Source: Nemertoderma westbladi
Lineage: Eukaryota; Animalia; Xenacoelomorpha
Length of the DNA stretch: 64,000 nt
Assembly (NCBI GenBank): GCA_032718475.1
Contig: JAUCBJ010000168.1
Span: 1 to 64,000 of the forward strand
Reading direction: 5' to 3'
Shown: positions 13,501-23,620 of the stretch, piece by piece
Layout: the number at the start of each line of letters is the position of its first letter
How positions within the stretch are numbered: the first letter of the stretch is position 1
Made by a program: the position numbers and the translations under genes
The notes under the pieces: generated by a model
What the model was told of the DNA's origin: nothing
Databases searched by the model: none
The model's input: the letters and a program-made list of their open reading frames with translations, nothing else

Positions 13501-13615
13501 TGATCTAGCAAATGTCATGGGTGATAGGGAGTTGTGGCGGTGCAATTTTGTTGACAAGCCGGCACAGCATTCTTAAAAATGCAGCTGCAATGCAGCATGC
13601 CGATCCTAGTAGTAG
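10564..13615 (+). mobile_element. RTE-clade LINE (APE endonuclease + RT)
   Basis: APE motifs at 10660-11370 (LASVNTLTL, GVQEHR, CYSPT, FLGDFNA, QIDHIL) contain stops and frameshifts. The RT ORF follows, then a short (TAG)n tail at 13607-13615. Possible imperfect TSD: TAAGGAAAT(T)GAT at 10555-10567 and 13616-13627. Confidence 0.88.
11375..13576 (+). CDS. RTE reverse transcriptase (733-aa open remnant of the EN-RT ORF)
   Basis: Motifs VPVPKKG, FRGISL, QNGFRKGR, FVDFFKAFDSV, GVLQGDTLAPFLF, DFADD, FCYLGS, RLRFAGHC. Confidence 0.92.
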   Translation: MAKVRLSLRASRTTKSALPRHDWSSLLQQPSVRSSFTLLLSNRYEALASEAADHCEGYTAFTEAVKLAAAETVPVYPRNRKRAPWTDNKIQKCRNDLHKAQKESRLKQTTAAKNAVKAASRSLNRQYSANLQELINQQVDAINDADDSRQSSQAWKSINLLTGRKSQPTTKVKAESPADRLNGWKAHFEKLLNNDRVLPDNFIEVKVSESVLPDIPIGDISFAEVKAAAKSIKTNRASGVDGVPPEVFKIPECLKLIYPIIVDMYRTTRVPQEMKTNKLVPVPKKGNLTLYGSFRGISLISIAAKLYNRILLNRIRDPIERLLRGNQNGFRKGRGTMEPILALRRIIEELSKKKDRHLAVIFVDFFKAFDSVSRSRMFSILSLYGIPDEIIAAIRSVYDGSTTFVSTVDGDTEPFEVLWGVLQGDTLAPFLFIIVVDYVLRMSLDHYNDDGVMITPPTGSRSRGNPAKYLTDLDFADDLGVLSESLEGAQRLLSSLEHAASSVGLFINSRKTKILTVNFESPQQVSDRMSISSKDGMLEHVDDFCYLGSWIRKSGEDLRIRKGKAWAALNRLSRIWKSPRINRKLKVRLFRAAVVPVLLYWSPCWALTAEDTKSLDGTFTRMLRRVHCVKYNAHISNQTLYNIGGVSLVPPSLTLEQNRLRFAGHCFRREDQPVHNLVLWQPHGVNKHGGQPMTFLRRILKDTGLKDADDLANVMGDRELWRCNFVDKPAQHS

Positions 13616-14352
13616 TAAGGAAATGATATGACTTGGTGTTCCAGGGTACAGTAGATTCTATAGTTAATCTCTCCCATGATTCCTCAACAGATGACAATGT
13701 ACTACCAATTATTAACTAATTAACTAATTATTTTAGTTATCGATGCTTATCGATATTTTTACTGTATGTCTATTTTATTAGTTTATGCATCCATTTCAGC
13801 ATGCAAAAATATGCTTTTTGTTAAAGAATTAAATATATATATATATTATTATTTGTGTGTAATGGGTGTCTATTTATTATTTGTGTGTAATGGGTGTCTC
13901 TTTATTATTTGTGTTTATTGGGTGTCTGTTTATTATTTGTGTGTAAAGGGTGTCTGTTTATTATTTGTTTGTATTGGGCATCTGTTTATTATTTATGTGT
14001 ATTGGGTGTCTGTTTATTATTTATGTGTATTGGGTGTCTGTTTATTATTTGTGTATAATGGGTGTCTGTTTATTATTTGTGTGTAATGGGTGTCTGTTTA
14101 TTATTTGTGTGTATTGGTTGTCTGTTTATTATTTGTGTGTAATGGGTGTCTGTTTATTATTTGTATGTAATGGGTGTCTGTTTATTATTTGTGTGTAATG
14201 GGTGTCTGTTTATTATTTGTGTGTAATGGGTGTCTGTTTATTATTAGTGTGTAATGGATGTCTGTTTATAATTTGTGTGTATTGGGTGTCTGTTTATTAT
14301 TTGTGTGTAATGGGTGTCTGTTTATTACTTGTGTGTAATGGGTGTCTGTATA

Positions 14353-14860
14353 TGTGACGACTGTGGCTAAGTCGTGGGTTTTTTTGGTAACTGTAATATG
14401 ACGCAGCGTCATCGCGTATTGTTACCAAGCTATCTGCAGGCCTGAAACAGGGACACCGCAGATAGCTTCAACTTTGATAAATAGAAAACATAAAGTATAA
14501 AAGAAGCTTTCATATTTATTTACAGTATGTCTATAACAATACAAATTGATTCTTCGCTGCGTATAAAATAGTGAGCAATAACTAATCTTCACAACTAATA
14601 ATTATGTGGCCTAAGGCTAAAATGGACCATCCACCTAATATATATACATTGTCAACCTAATCTACGTGTGTGATAATAGAGGTGAATTCAGTGCATTGCA
14701 AGGCCTATCAGCTATTGGCTAGTTTATTATCTGGGATTCCCTCGGCTGATTGGGCTTAATCAATGCTCTGAATGTTTCCTCTTGGTGAAAGCAATGTAGG
14801 CCTATAATAAATGATTGCAGATTGGAATCGGGTTTTGATAGGCTGGCTACAGCCGTGACA
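14353..14860. mobile_element. Solo LTR (508 bp) inserted in the satellite
   Basis: TG...CA ends with imperfect terminal inverted repeats (TGTGACGACTGTGGCT / GGCTACAGCCGTGACA). 5-bp TSD GTATA at 14348-14352 and 14861-14865. Confidence 0.8.
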
Positions 14861-15240
14861 GTATATTATTTGTGTGTTTGTGTGTAATGGGTGCCTGTTT
14901 ATTATTTGTGTGTATTGGGTGTCTGTTTATTATTTGTGTGTAATGGGTGTCTGTTTATTATTTGTGTTTAATGGGTGTCTGTTTATTATTTGTGTGTAAT
15001 GGGTGTCTGTTTATTATTTGTGTGTAATGGGTGTCTCTTTATTATTTGTGTTTATTGGGTGTCTGTTTATTATTTGTGTGTAATGGGTGTCTGTTTATTA
15101 TTTGTGTGTATTGGGTATCTGTTTATTATTTATGTGTATTGGGTGTCTGTTTATTATTTATGTGTATTGGGTGTCTGTTTATTATTTATGTGTATTGGGT
15201 GTCTGTTTATTATTTATATGTATTGGGTGTCTGTTTATTG

Positions 15241-15870
15241 TAATGTGAAAACATATATTGCGTGGTTAAACAATGAGAGATCTAGTCGTTTAATTGAAAT
15301 CGAGAATATAGACTCACGACAATTGCACTACACTCAAGGACAAATGAAAATGTATACACAGGATGTATGGAAAAATTCTCTCAATTTGAACGATTCTCTG
15401 ATCAAAACAAACCAGCTGCCGTCACTTACACCCATAAATCTAGCCTGTGGTAGAGCTCATGAATCCTTCATTCTCGGTTTGGTGCTCGGTCAAGGCAACC
15501 TGGCTCTTATGAGAAGCAGATACGGTGACATTGATGATTGTGCCTGTTTATGTGGTGAGCCTGAATCCGAATCGCATTTTCTACTAGATTGTGTTCTTAG
15601 ATTAGATCAATCGACTTTGTTAAGAGCTGCAATGTCCGCCTATGGTGTTGCGCAACTTGAGGATTTTATGTATATTAGATCACCTGTAACTCTTAAAGCT
15701 CTGGTTAAATACTCTATATGAACCAAATTTGAAGCGATACACATATCATTAATTATTTTAGTTATCGATGCTTATCGATATTTTTACTGTATGTCTATTT
15801 TATTAGTTTATGCATCCATTTCAGCATGCAAAAATATGCTTTTTATTAAAGAATTATATATATATATATA
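15241..15870 (+). mobile_element. 5'-truncated LINE 3' end
   Basis: An open frame runs to 15721 with a C-terminal CCHC-like motif (CACLCGEPESESHFLLDC), followed by an AT-rich UTR ending in (TA)n. Confidence 0.7.
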
Positions 15871-16326
15871 TTATTATTTGTGTGTAATGGGTGTCTGTTT
15901 ATTATTTGTGTGTAATGGGTGTCTCTTTATTATTTATGTTTATTGGGTGTCTGTTTATTATTTGTGTGTAAAGGGTGTCTGTTTATTATTTGTTTGTATT
16001 GGGCATCTGTTTATTATTTATGTGTATTGGGTGTCTGTTTATTATTTGTGTGTAATGGGTGTCTGTTTATTATTTGTGTGTAATGGGTGTCTGTTTATTA
16101 TTTGTGTGTATTGGTTGTCTGTTTATTATTTGTGTGTAATGGGTGTCTGTTTATTATTTGTATGTAATGGGTGTCTGTTTATTATTTGTGTGTAATGGGT
16201 GTATGTTTATTATTTGTGTGTGTTGGGTGTCTGTTTATTATTTGTGTGTAATGGGTGTCTGTTTGTTATTTATGTGTATTGGGTGTCTGTTTATTATTTA
16301 TGTGTATTGGGTGTCTGTTTATTATT

Positions 16327-16983
16327 TGTGACGGGATCGGAGATCCCGACCGGGTTAGAAATGTACGCGTCACCGTGGCTGGGCAGTCGTGCTAGTTGCT
16401 TTGGCCGAAGGCCGTGGGGAAAACAATAAGAGTTTCTGTTGTTTCTCAATATTGATGATGCAGATGATAATAGCACAGTAAAGTAACAGATAGTATGATA
16501 GCAGAAAAATGCACAGACTGACTGCTGATGTTAATGGCGGTGACGGTCATTAACTATGACCGGTCTGCACTGACTGAATAACTCAACTGACCGGTAAATC
16601 AGTAATGTAGGATAATATATGGTTAACACACATGAATATTGGTTTCACCTCTTACTGTACTTTGGCCCTCTGTACCCAATGGATGCTTTCCTATCTCTAA
16701 TCACGTGCTTCCCTCCCCACTATTGGCTAATATACTAATTGTCACTTTGGCACTCCCTGTGAGTGTTTCCCCCCGCTGCTAGCCCTCTACTAGCTGTATT
16801 CCCTCCGAGGTGGTTTGACCTCTCACCTCTCTCTGTGGCTTTGCGGCTTGTGTCGCCCCCCCCCCCCCAATGTTGGTTATTAGACGAGATTAATATTGGT
16901 GATCTCGTATCCCCAACATATTGCTAAAATGCCACTGGTCCCATTTTCTGGTGGGTAATGAAGTGGAATTGAATCCGCTTACA
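16327..16983 (-). repeat. 3' LTR of element A
   Basis: Direct repeat of 51055-51724, adjacent to the PPT. Confidence 0.9.
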
Positions 16984-17715
16984 CTCCCCCCCCCATGCTA
17001 TCTTCCCGGTGAGAAGATAGCATCAACCTTAAGTGCGCTTCAATTCTGCTGGAACCCAATCTAATATCGGGTGTGGGGTGGAGTTCTTTTCTCGGGGTCG
17101 GCTTTCCTGGCCTGCCCCCCTGGGTATCTTATTGCTACCTCTCCTTGGTGCAATCGCGAGCTATGTTGCACCAAGGTATCTGGCGTCTCTGTTGAGACAA
17201 TTGTGGACTCCTCTTCACACAATTTTCTAAATCCTCACTCTAATCTTACTCTCGGAACGCTCTGTCCCTCATTCTCTCTCTCGCGACCTCGTTGTCCCTT
17301 AATCTCCTTCGGCCCTTGCCTTTCTCTCTCACTGCTCGCTCCCCACACTTGAATTGCACTCTCTCTCACTTCCACGCACGTCAACACCTCCTCTCCATAC
17401 TTCTCTCGTACTCAACCCACCTTGTTTTATCCTCCGTACCCTCCTGTAAAGCTCCCACATTCTCATTAGTGTGGCCACACTTGAGAAATGGGATCCGTCT
17501 AATGTCTCCACCTACCCCTGACGAGCCTCACCCTCCCCTTTTGTGCCGTCGCACTCAAGAAGCGTGATTCGTCTAGTGTATCTCCTCTCTGTCATAGTCA
17601 ATTGGTCCCCAGTCCCAGTAGTTAATTGGAAAAGGTTATATATGACTATAGTACTTATATTGGTAGAACTTATATTGCTTGATTAATTATATACATATAT
17701 ACATACTAATTGCAC

Positions 17716-18205
17716 TTAATTATTTGCACTTAGGAGTTCGTATTTGCCTTCCAGATCGATGGTTGGCGTCCTTTTGGTATCCTCGCCAACTCCCCTGAGG
17801 GAATCCCCATAGGCCCTCAAATATGCTACCAACTTCTTCCACCTCTTGTACGGTGTGTCCACCTCTCTGTCCACTAGGTGTCGGCTACCATAGTGCACCG
17901 ACTCGCCCTTCGGCCCCGGGTGGTCTACAAGACCCTCAAAGGCCACCTTAAAGGCTCTCCTGTGATCTAGAGGTGTTCCTGATAGCAGAAACGCCGTCGG
18001 CTCTCTTCCGATAACCACGGCCTTGAATAGGTTTAATAAACCTATCATTATCCAATCCTCCTGTAAGATATATCTCTTCTGATATATCTTTATCGCTCCC
18101 CTTCGGATCTGATATATCTCCTGTTTCCCTGGCCTCACTCCCCATTTCAGCGAGTTCGCCAGTTCCGCTCCGTACTCCTCTTGGAACTTGCCCCAGTCCA
18201 TCGGC
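17716..18205 (-). CDS. Accessory ORF of unknown function in the 3' internal region of element A, interrupted by element B
   Basis: The open frame KPMDWGKFQEEYGAELANSLKWG...YELLSANN continues upstream at 25042+ (MGQLMGLVCH) once B is removed. The ORF-track start at 18273 lies inside the B LTR and is artefactual. Confidence 0.5.
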
Positions 18206-18889
18206 TTGTGTGTAAGCGGATTCAATTCCACCTCATTACCCACCAATAAATGGGATAGTGGCATTTTCAGCAATATGTTGGAGATACGAGATTAGCAATA
18301 TTAATCTCGTATCACAACCAACATTTGGGGGGGGGGGGGGGGTGGGGCAACACAAGCCCCGAAGCCACACACAAAGGAAGGTTAGAGGTCAAACCACCTT
18401 GGAAGGGACACAGCTAGTAGAGGCTAGCAGCAGAAGGGAAACACTCCCAGAGAGTGAAAGGGCGAGAAGTAGGGTATTAGCCAATAAGGGCAAAGGAGAG
18501 TATCCATTAGGTAGCAGGCCAAGGTAGCGTAGGTGTGAAGTAATATAGGTATATCAATCATATATTATCTCCTGCTACCGGTTTGTGAATCAGTTTAGTT
18601 AGTTACCCAGTTTTAGTGCAGACGGGTAATATTGTTTTACCGTCATCGTCACCATCAACAACATTGGCTGTATTTTAATCTATTACCGGTACCAAGCGAT
18701 ATTGTCATCCACTATCATATTAACATCATATTAACTGTGATATCGCTATTATATTAGTCCGCCAAGGAACAACGTTAACTCTGAACGCTTTTCTCCAACG
18801 GCCTAGGCCAAGCAATCAGTGACACCACCCCAGCCTGCGGTGATGCTTTTGAAACAACATGCCTGGTCGGGATCTCTGATCCCGTCACA

Positions 18890-18900
18890 GTAAAACAATA
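18890..18900 (+). promoter_or_regulatory. Non-tRNA primer-binding site of element B (GTAAAACAATA)
   Basis: Immediately follows the LTR CA end and lacks TGG. It is the exact reverse complement of LTR positions 18630-18640. Confidence 0.7.
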
Positions 18901-19023
18901 CCAAATTCCATCGAACTGTGACTGCTAAGAAGCCAAGAGAAAGTAAAGAGGATGAGCCAAGGAGAACCCTGATTATCAGAGGGAGAGAGGACGCCGCCGC
19001 GGACCCCGGATGATACCAAACAA

Positions 19024-22000
19024 ATGATCCGTGAGGCTGCGACGCGATGGTATCGACCTGTGACACCGGATTCGCCAACGAGGGATGATCCGGTACCCCA
19101 AGCGGAAGGTGGCCGTCAACCACGAGGGAGGGACGAGTTGACGCACGACGGCGGTCGAAGTACCAAAGTCGCCAGCCAGCCACAGGCCGAGGGCGACGGA
19201 CGGCCCACCGGAATGGCGACGGTGGGGCCGCCGGTACGACGTCGAACGAGAAGAAGAGGAGGAGATGTCGGCGAAGAGGACGTCGGAACGAGAGATCGGC
19301 TACGACAGGCCTACAATGCCACGAAGAAACTATTAAAGGAGGCCAGAGAGGGAGGAAAGGTAAACCAGCCTAAGTTATACCAACGGCTAGGTGAGTCGAA
19401 CAAACATTTTCGGTATCTGGTCCGTTTTGGGCAGGGAGCCGTTTTGGACATGGAGCCTGAAGTAGTGTACGTAGGGCCGTACTTAGTGGATGCTAGGGGA
19501 ATTAAGTTAGTGGGTTGGACGGATCCGCACGAGGGCGAACCCGAGGTTAACCCCGAGGATTCAGTCTCGTCGGTTAGCGAGAACCCCAGAAAACGGGGGA
19601 AAGTTAGTAGGACAGAGAGGCGACGGGAGTCCGTCACGACCAATAAGTCCACTACATCCTCCGCGAAAGCAAGAAGGGTGTTAGAGATAGATCTGGTGTG
19701 TCAAGTGCACATGGTGGCGCTAGACCAGAAAGAATTAGAGAGGCAGTTGGAAGAGGGAACTGCGTTGTTAGAGAAAGAGAGAGAGTTGGCGAGGGAAGGT
19801 AGAGAGAGGGCCGAAAGGATGGCGAAGAACTGTAGAGAGCGAGAAGCGAGAGAGGCAGCGAGGGTAGAGAGAGAGAAACGAATGAGCATAAAGAGTGGGA
19901 GGCGAGAGTAGGGAGCGAGCGTAGAGAGCGGGTGGCGAGAGAAACAGAGTTAGTGAACCAGAGTTTACGAGAGGATAGAGAGAGAGAGAGAGCGGGAAAG
20001 CGTATGCGGGATGATATGCATGCCCGGTTAAGGGGGCTTATGCAATATCAGGCCAAGCAGAAGCGCCGACTAGAACTGGCGCAATTGGGATTATCTGAGT
20101 CAGTGAGGCTGGCTCGGGTAGTATTTATGAGGAGCCCGAAGTAATGGAAACGTTTGTTAATACCCCACTTACAGGCACCGGACGACAGACCCAGGACTGC
20201 CGTAACCGTATGGGCGGGGGTAATAATAATATGTTAGAAGGCATTAATATTAATAGTACCGTAGTAGACAACCCTAATCAAACTTTCATTGCAGGAAATA
20301 ATCTTTTACCCGGTAATAGTAATTCTAATTTAAATGTGCAGAATAATTCAAATAATAATCCTAATTTAAATATACAAAATAATAATAATTCTAATTTAAA
20401 TATACAAAATAATCCGAATAATTCTAATTTAAATATACAAAATAATTCAAATAATAATCCTGATTCCGAACAAAATAATTCAAATAATTTAAATAATTTA
20501 GATAATAATAATTTTAACAACGGCACAACAACCGCACACCAGGATAAGGGTACAGAATGTACCGATACGAGGACGAGAACAGGAGAGGGGATCGAAGAGA
20601 AACTTCCCGACGGGACATAGCTGCCGATCGAGAGTACGGTAGTCGCGGGGAGGACTTCTTGGAATATTCGAGAAGATTAAACTTCGGTCCAGAGGGACAC
20701 AGGCAGACTGCAGGACATACTGTAGGCCTTACTGCACATACTATAGGTCATGCTGGAAGAGATAGTGTAGGCGATAGGGTAGCGCGAACAACGGATTAGA
20801 CCCGGAAGTCGCAGCATACATACCGGTAGGTAGGCAAGAGGTGTATAGGCCTATACCAGTACCTGCACACCAGTATGACTATAATATGCAGGGACATAAC
20901 ATATATCCAGGGGAGTTATTGCCGATAGATGTATGGGCCCCAATATATTAACATCAACCCCAGTACCAAACATAACACTGGTGGGGGGGGGGGGGGGGGG
21001 GCAGGCAGGGTGACATTCTCCCATTACAATATCAACAATACACTCAACCGAGAATAAGAACATCGAACCCCCTGGACCAGAATAGATCGTGCGACACAGA
21101 GATATGGAGGAGGCTGTTACCCCCAATGATATATCCAACACAGAAAAATAAACAGGCCCGACGGGCGGACCGCACCCAACAGGAGAGTCTGTACAGCATC
21201 CCTCGAACCCATTGGAAGCACAGGCAATGGGAATGGCAACACTTATCGATGTGCTCAAGACCAGGATCGAGTGCACTGCCGATCTGGCTACAGAACAAGT
21301 GGAGGAAGATCGCCTCCTCCACTCGGGAGAAGAAAGGTGCTGAACCGGGCCTAGAGGAAATGTCGAACTTCCTCAATTATGAAGCGGAGTTGATCACAGA
21401 CCCAGTCTACAGTGAGGATAGTTTGGGGAAGGCGCCGAAGACCAAATACAACAGGCCTAAACCCGAACATAATCCGGCAGATCCATTTCCAAGAGTGAGA
21501 CAGTCGCTACCACATGTGGCCACACAGGGGACTGCTAGTCCACAGTTAGTTGGGAGTAGGGCCACACCGTGGCAGGGACAGAAACAAAATAACAATACAA
21601 ATAAATATAACCCCAACACACCCAGTAGGCCGAGTCCAAATAACCAAAACACTAAACCAGTAGATATGAATCTACGCGCTATACGTGAAGGGCTATACAG
21701 GGAGCGCTACAATCCAGGATACGAATGTCAATTGCATAGGGATGGAACCCATAAGACCATGAGTTGTAAGCATTGGCAAGCATTGCCTAAACAAGATTGG
21801 GTAGCCTACGCGGATACAAATGGACTATGTCATCGATGCGTGGTAGAGGGACACAGATTCGGAGAGTGTAGAGAAACACCGACAGAATATGACGAGACTG
21901 GAGGCCAAACAATGGCTACGAGCACAACGGGAGCAAGGAGAAAAAGGAAAGTACTACTCGGGGTAGTACCAGTGAGGATAACAGGAAAGGGTGGCCGATC

Positions 22001-22523
22001 AGTCACAACATTGATGCTGGTCGACAGCGGAGCAGCCTTCATGCTGGTGGAGAATTGGGTGGCCGAGGAGATAGGGTTACAGACGAGGCTGAGTAGGATG
22101 GTGGTAACTACTATCTCGAGTAAGGATGAGGTCCTGGAGATGAGGACGGGACGGTGCGAGATATCAGCAATAGCACCGGGATGTGACTATGGGGCGACCA
22201 TCGACCCCATTCAGATAATAGAATCGATCAATATAAATGCCAGGAGACCAACTAACATCGAGGTCGAGCAATACCGGTTCCTGGACGATATCGATTTCTC
22301 AATACCGAAAGTGGACGTCTCGAAGGTATCCATCATAGTCGGAATGGATTGTCCAACGGCCCAAGAGAGAGAAAGGACCATTTCCCGAGAGAATAAGCAG
22401 CGGGATCCAACGGCGATTCTCACGCCGTTCGGATGGACGCTTAGAGGCCCAATAAAACCAAGATTCCATTCAGGGTGTCGGAGACATCAGGGTGCATGCT
22501 ATCAGGCACCATTGAGGACGTAA
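19024..22523 (+). pseudogene. Disrupted BEL gag-protease of element B
   Basis: E/R-rich coiled coil and Asn-rich tract; BEL gag-type LPIWLQNKWR...FLNYEAELITDPVYS; zinc knuckles CQLHRDGTHKTMSC and CHRCVVEGHRFGEC; protease LVDSGA; TPFGWTLRGP. No RT follows. Confidence 0.8.
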
Positions 22524-23049
22524 AGGAGAAACCAGAGACGGGCGATGGGGAGGTCCCATGTGGGAAGCGGCCCGGGGAAAGATGCCAGGAGTTGGGTATG
22601 GATCTGGAACCATGCATAGTGGAGCGTGGTGAATGGATAGAGGATAGTTCCAAAGAAATACCGTCGGTAGATGAACTAGGAGGGGAAGCAACAGCAAGAG
22701 AGTGGGCGGGAGAGAATGGATTCGGGGTGGAAGACTTAGAGACGATGGGATGGAACAAGGATGTCCCCGGCAAGTATCAGTATGAGGAAGGAGAAGAGTG
22801 GACGGCGAGATTTCCGGAGAAGTGTCCAGAGGAGACGCCGGTCTGCTTGAGAGGCATACCAAAAAGGGGGAGGTCAAATAAGAAGACAGGGTGGAAAGGA
22901 ATAGGATTAGCATTATCCATTCTGTTCTGTCTATTCTTTCGATTTCCTTTCATTCTACCGCCAGGTGACAACAAGATGAAGGGTGGCATTTTGCTGCCAG
23001 GGGACCATAAGGAAATCAAGAAGGCGACTGGAAGACCCGAAAGAGTAAG

Positions 23050-23620
23050 AAGAAGTTAGAAGTAGGCAGAAATATAGGGAGTGTGGTATATAAACATACC
23101 ACGGGAGTAGGAGGGTACTTAGTACCGTTAGAGTTAGAAGTAGGCAGAAATATAGGGAGTGTGGTATATAAACATACCACGGGAGTAGGAGGGTACATAG
23201 TACCGTTAAAGTTAGAAGTGGGCAGAAATTAGGGAGTGTGGTATATAAACATACCACGAATAGTAGCAGGGTACATAGTACCGGAGTAGCAGGGTACATA
23301 GTACTGAGAGAGTTAGAGGTTGTGGGCACCGAAAGCGCCACGTTGAAAGAGAGTAGAGGGTATGGTATGTAGGTATACCATAGAAGTAGTAGCGGAGAGG
23401 TTGTGGGCACCGAAAGTGCCACTTAGAAAGAGAGTAGAGGGTATGGTATGTAGGTATACCATAGAGGTAGTAGCAGAGGGGTTGTGGGCACCGAAAGCGC
23501 CACATAGTGAGAGAGTGAAGGGTGTGGTATGTAGGTATTAGGTAGTAGCATTATGTAGGTAATAGCAGTATTAGGGTATATAGTACCATAGAAGTTAGAA
23601 GTTTTGGGCACAGAGAGCGC
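23050..23620. repeat. Internal degenerate tandem repeats of elements A/B
   Basis: Recurring units GGGAGTGTGGTATATAAACATACCAC and GTTGTGGGCACCGAAAG. Counterparts lie on the opposite strand at about 41400-42270 and 46930-47710. Confidence 0.75.

Larger units (their letters stand above)
13846..16326. repeat. 28-bp satellite (TTATTATTTGTGTGTAATGGGTGTCTGT)n, left part, interrupted by insertions
   Basis: Tandem units are directly visible. The same array resumes at 51725. Confidence 0.95.

Noticed and set aside
13766-16429. Hydrophobic Cys/Tyr-rich ORFs (also 51729-52226 and 62808-63458)
   Set aside because: They are translations of satellites and minisatellites.
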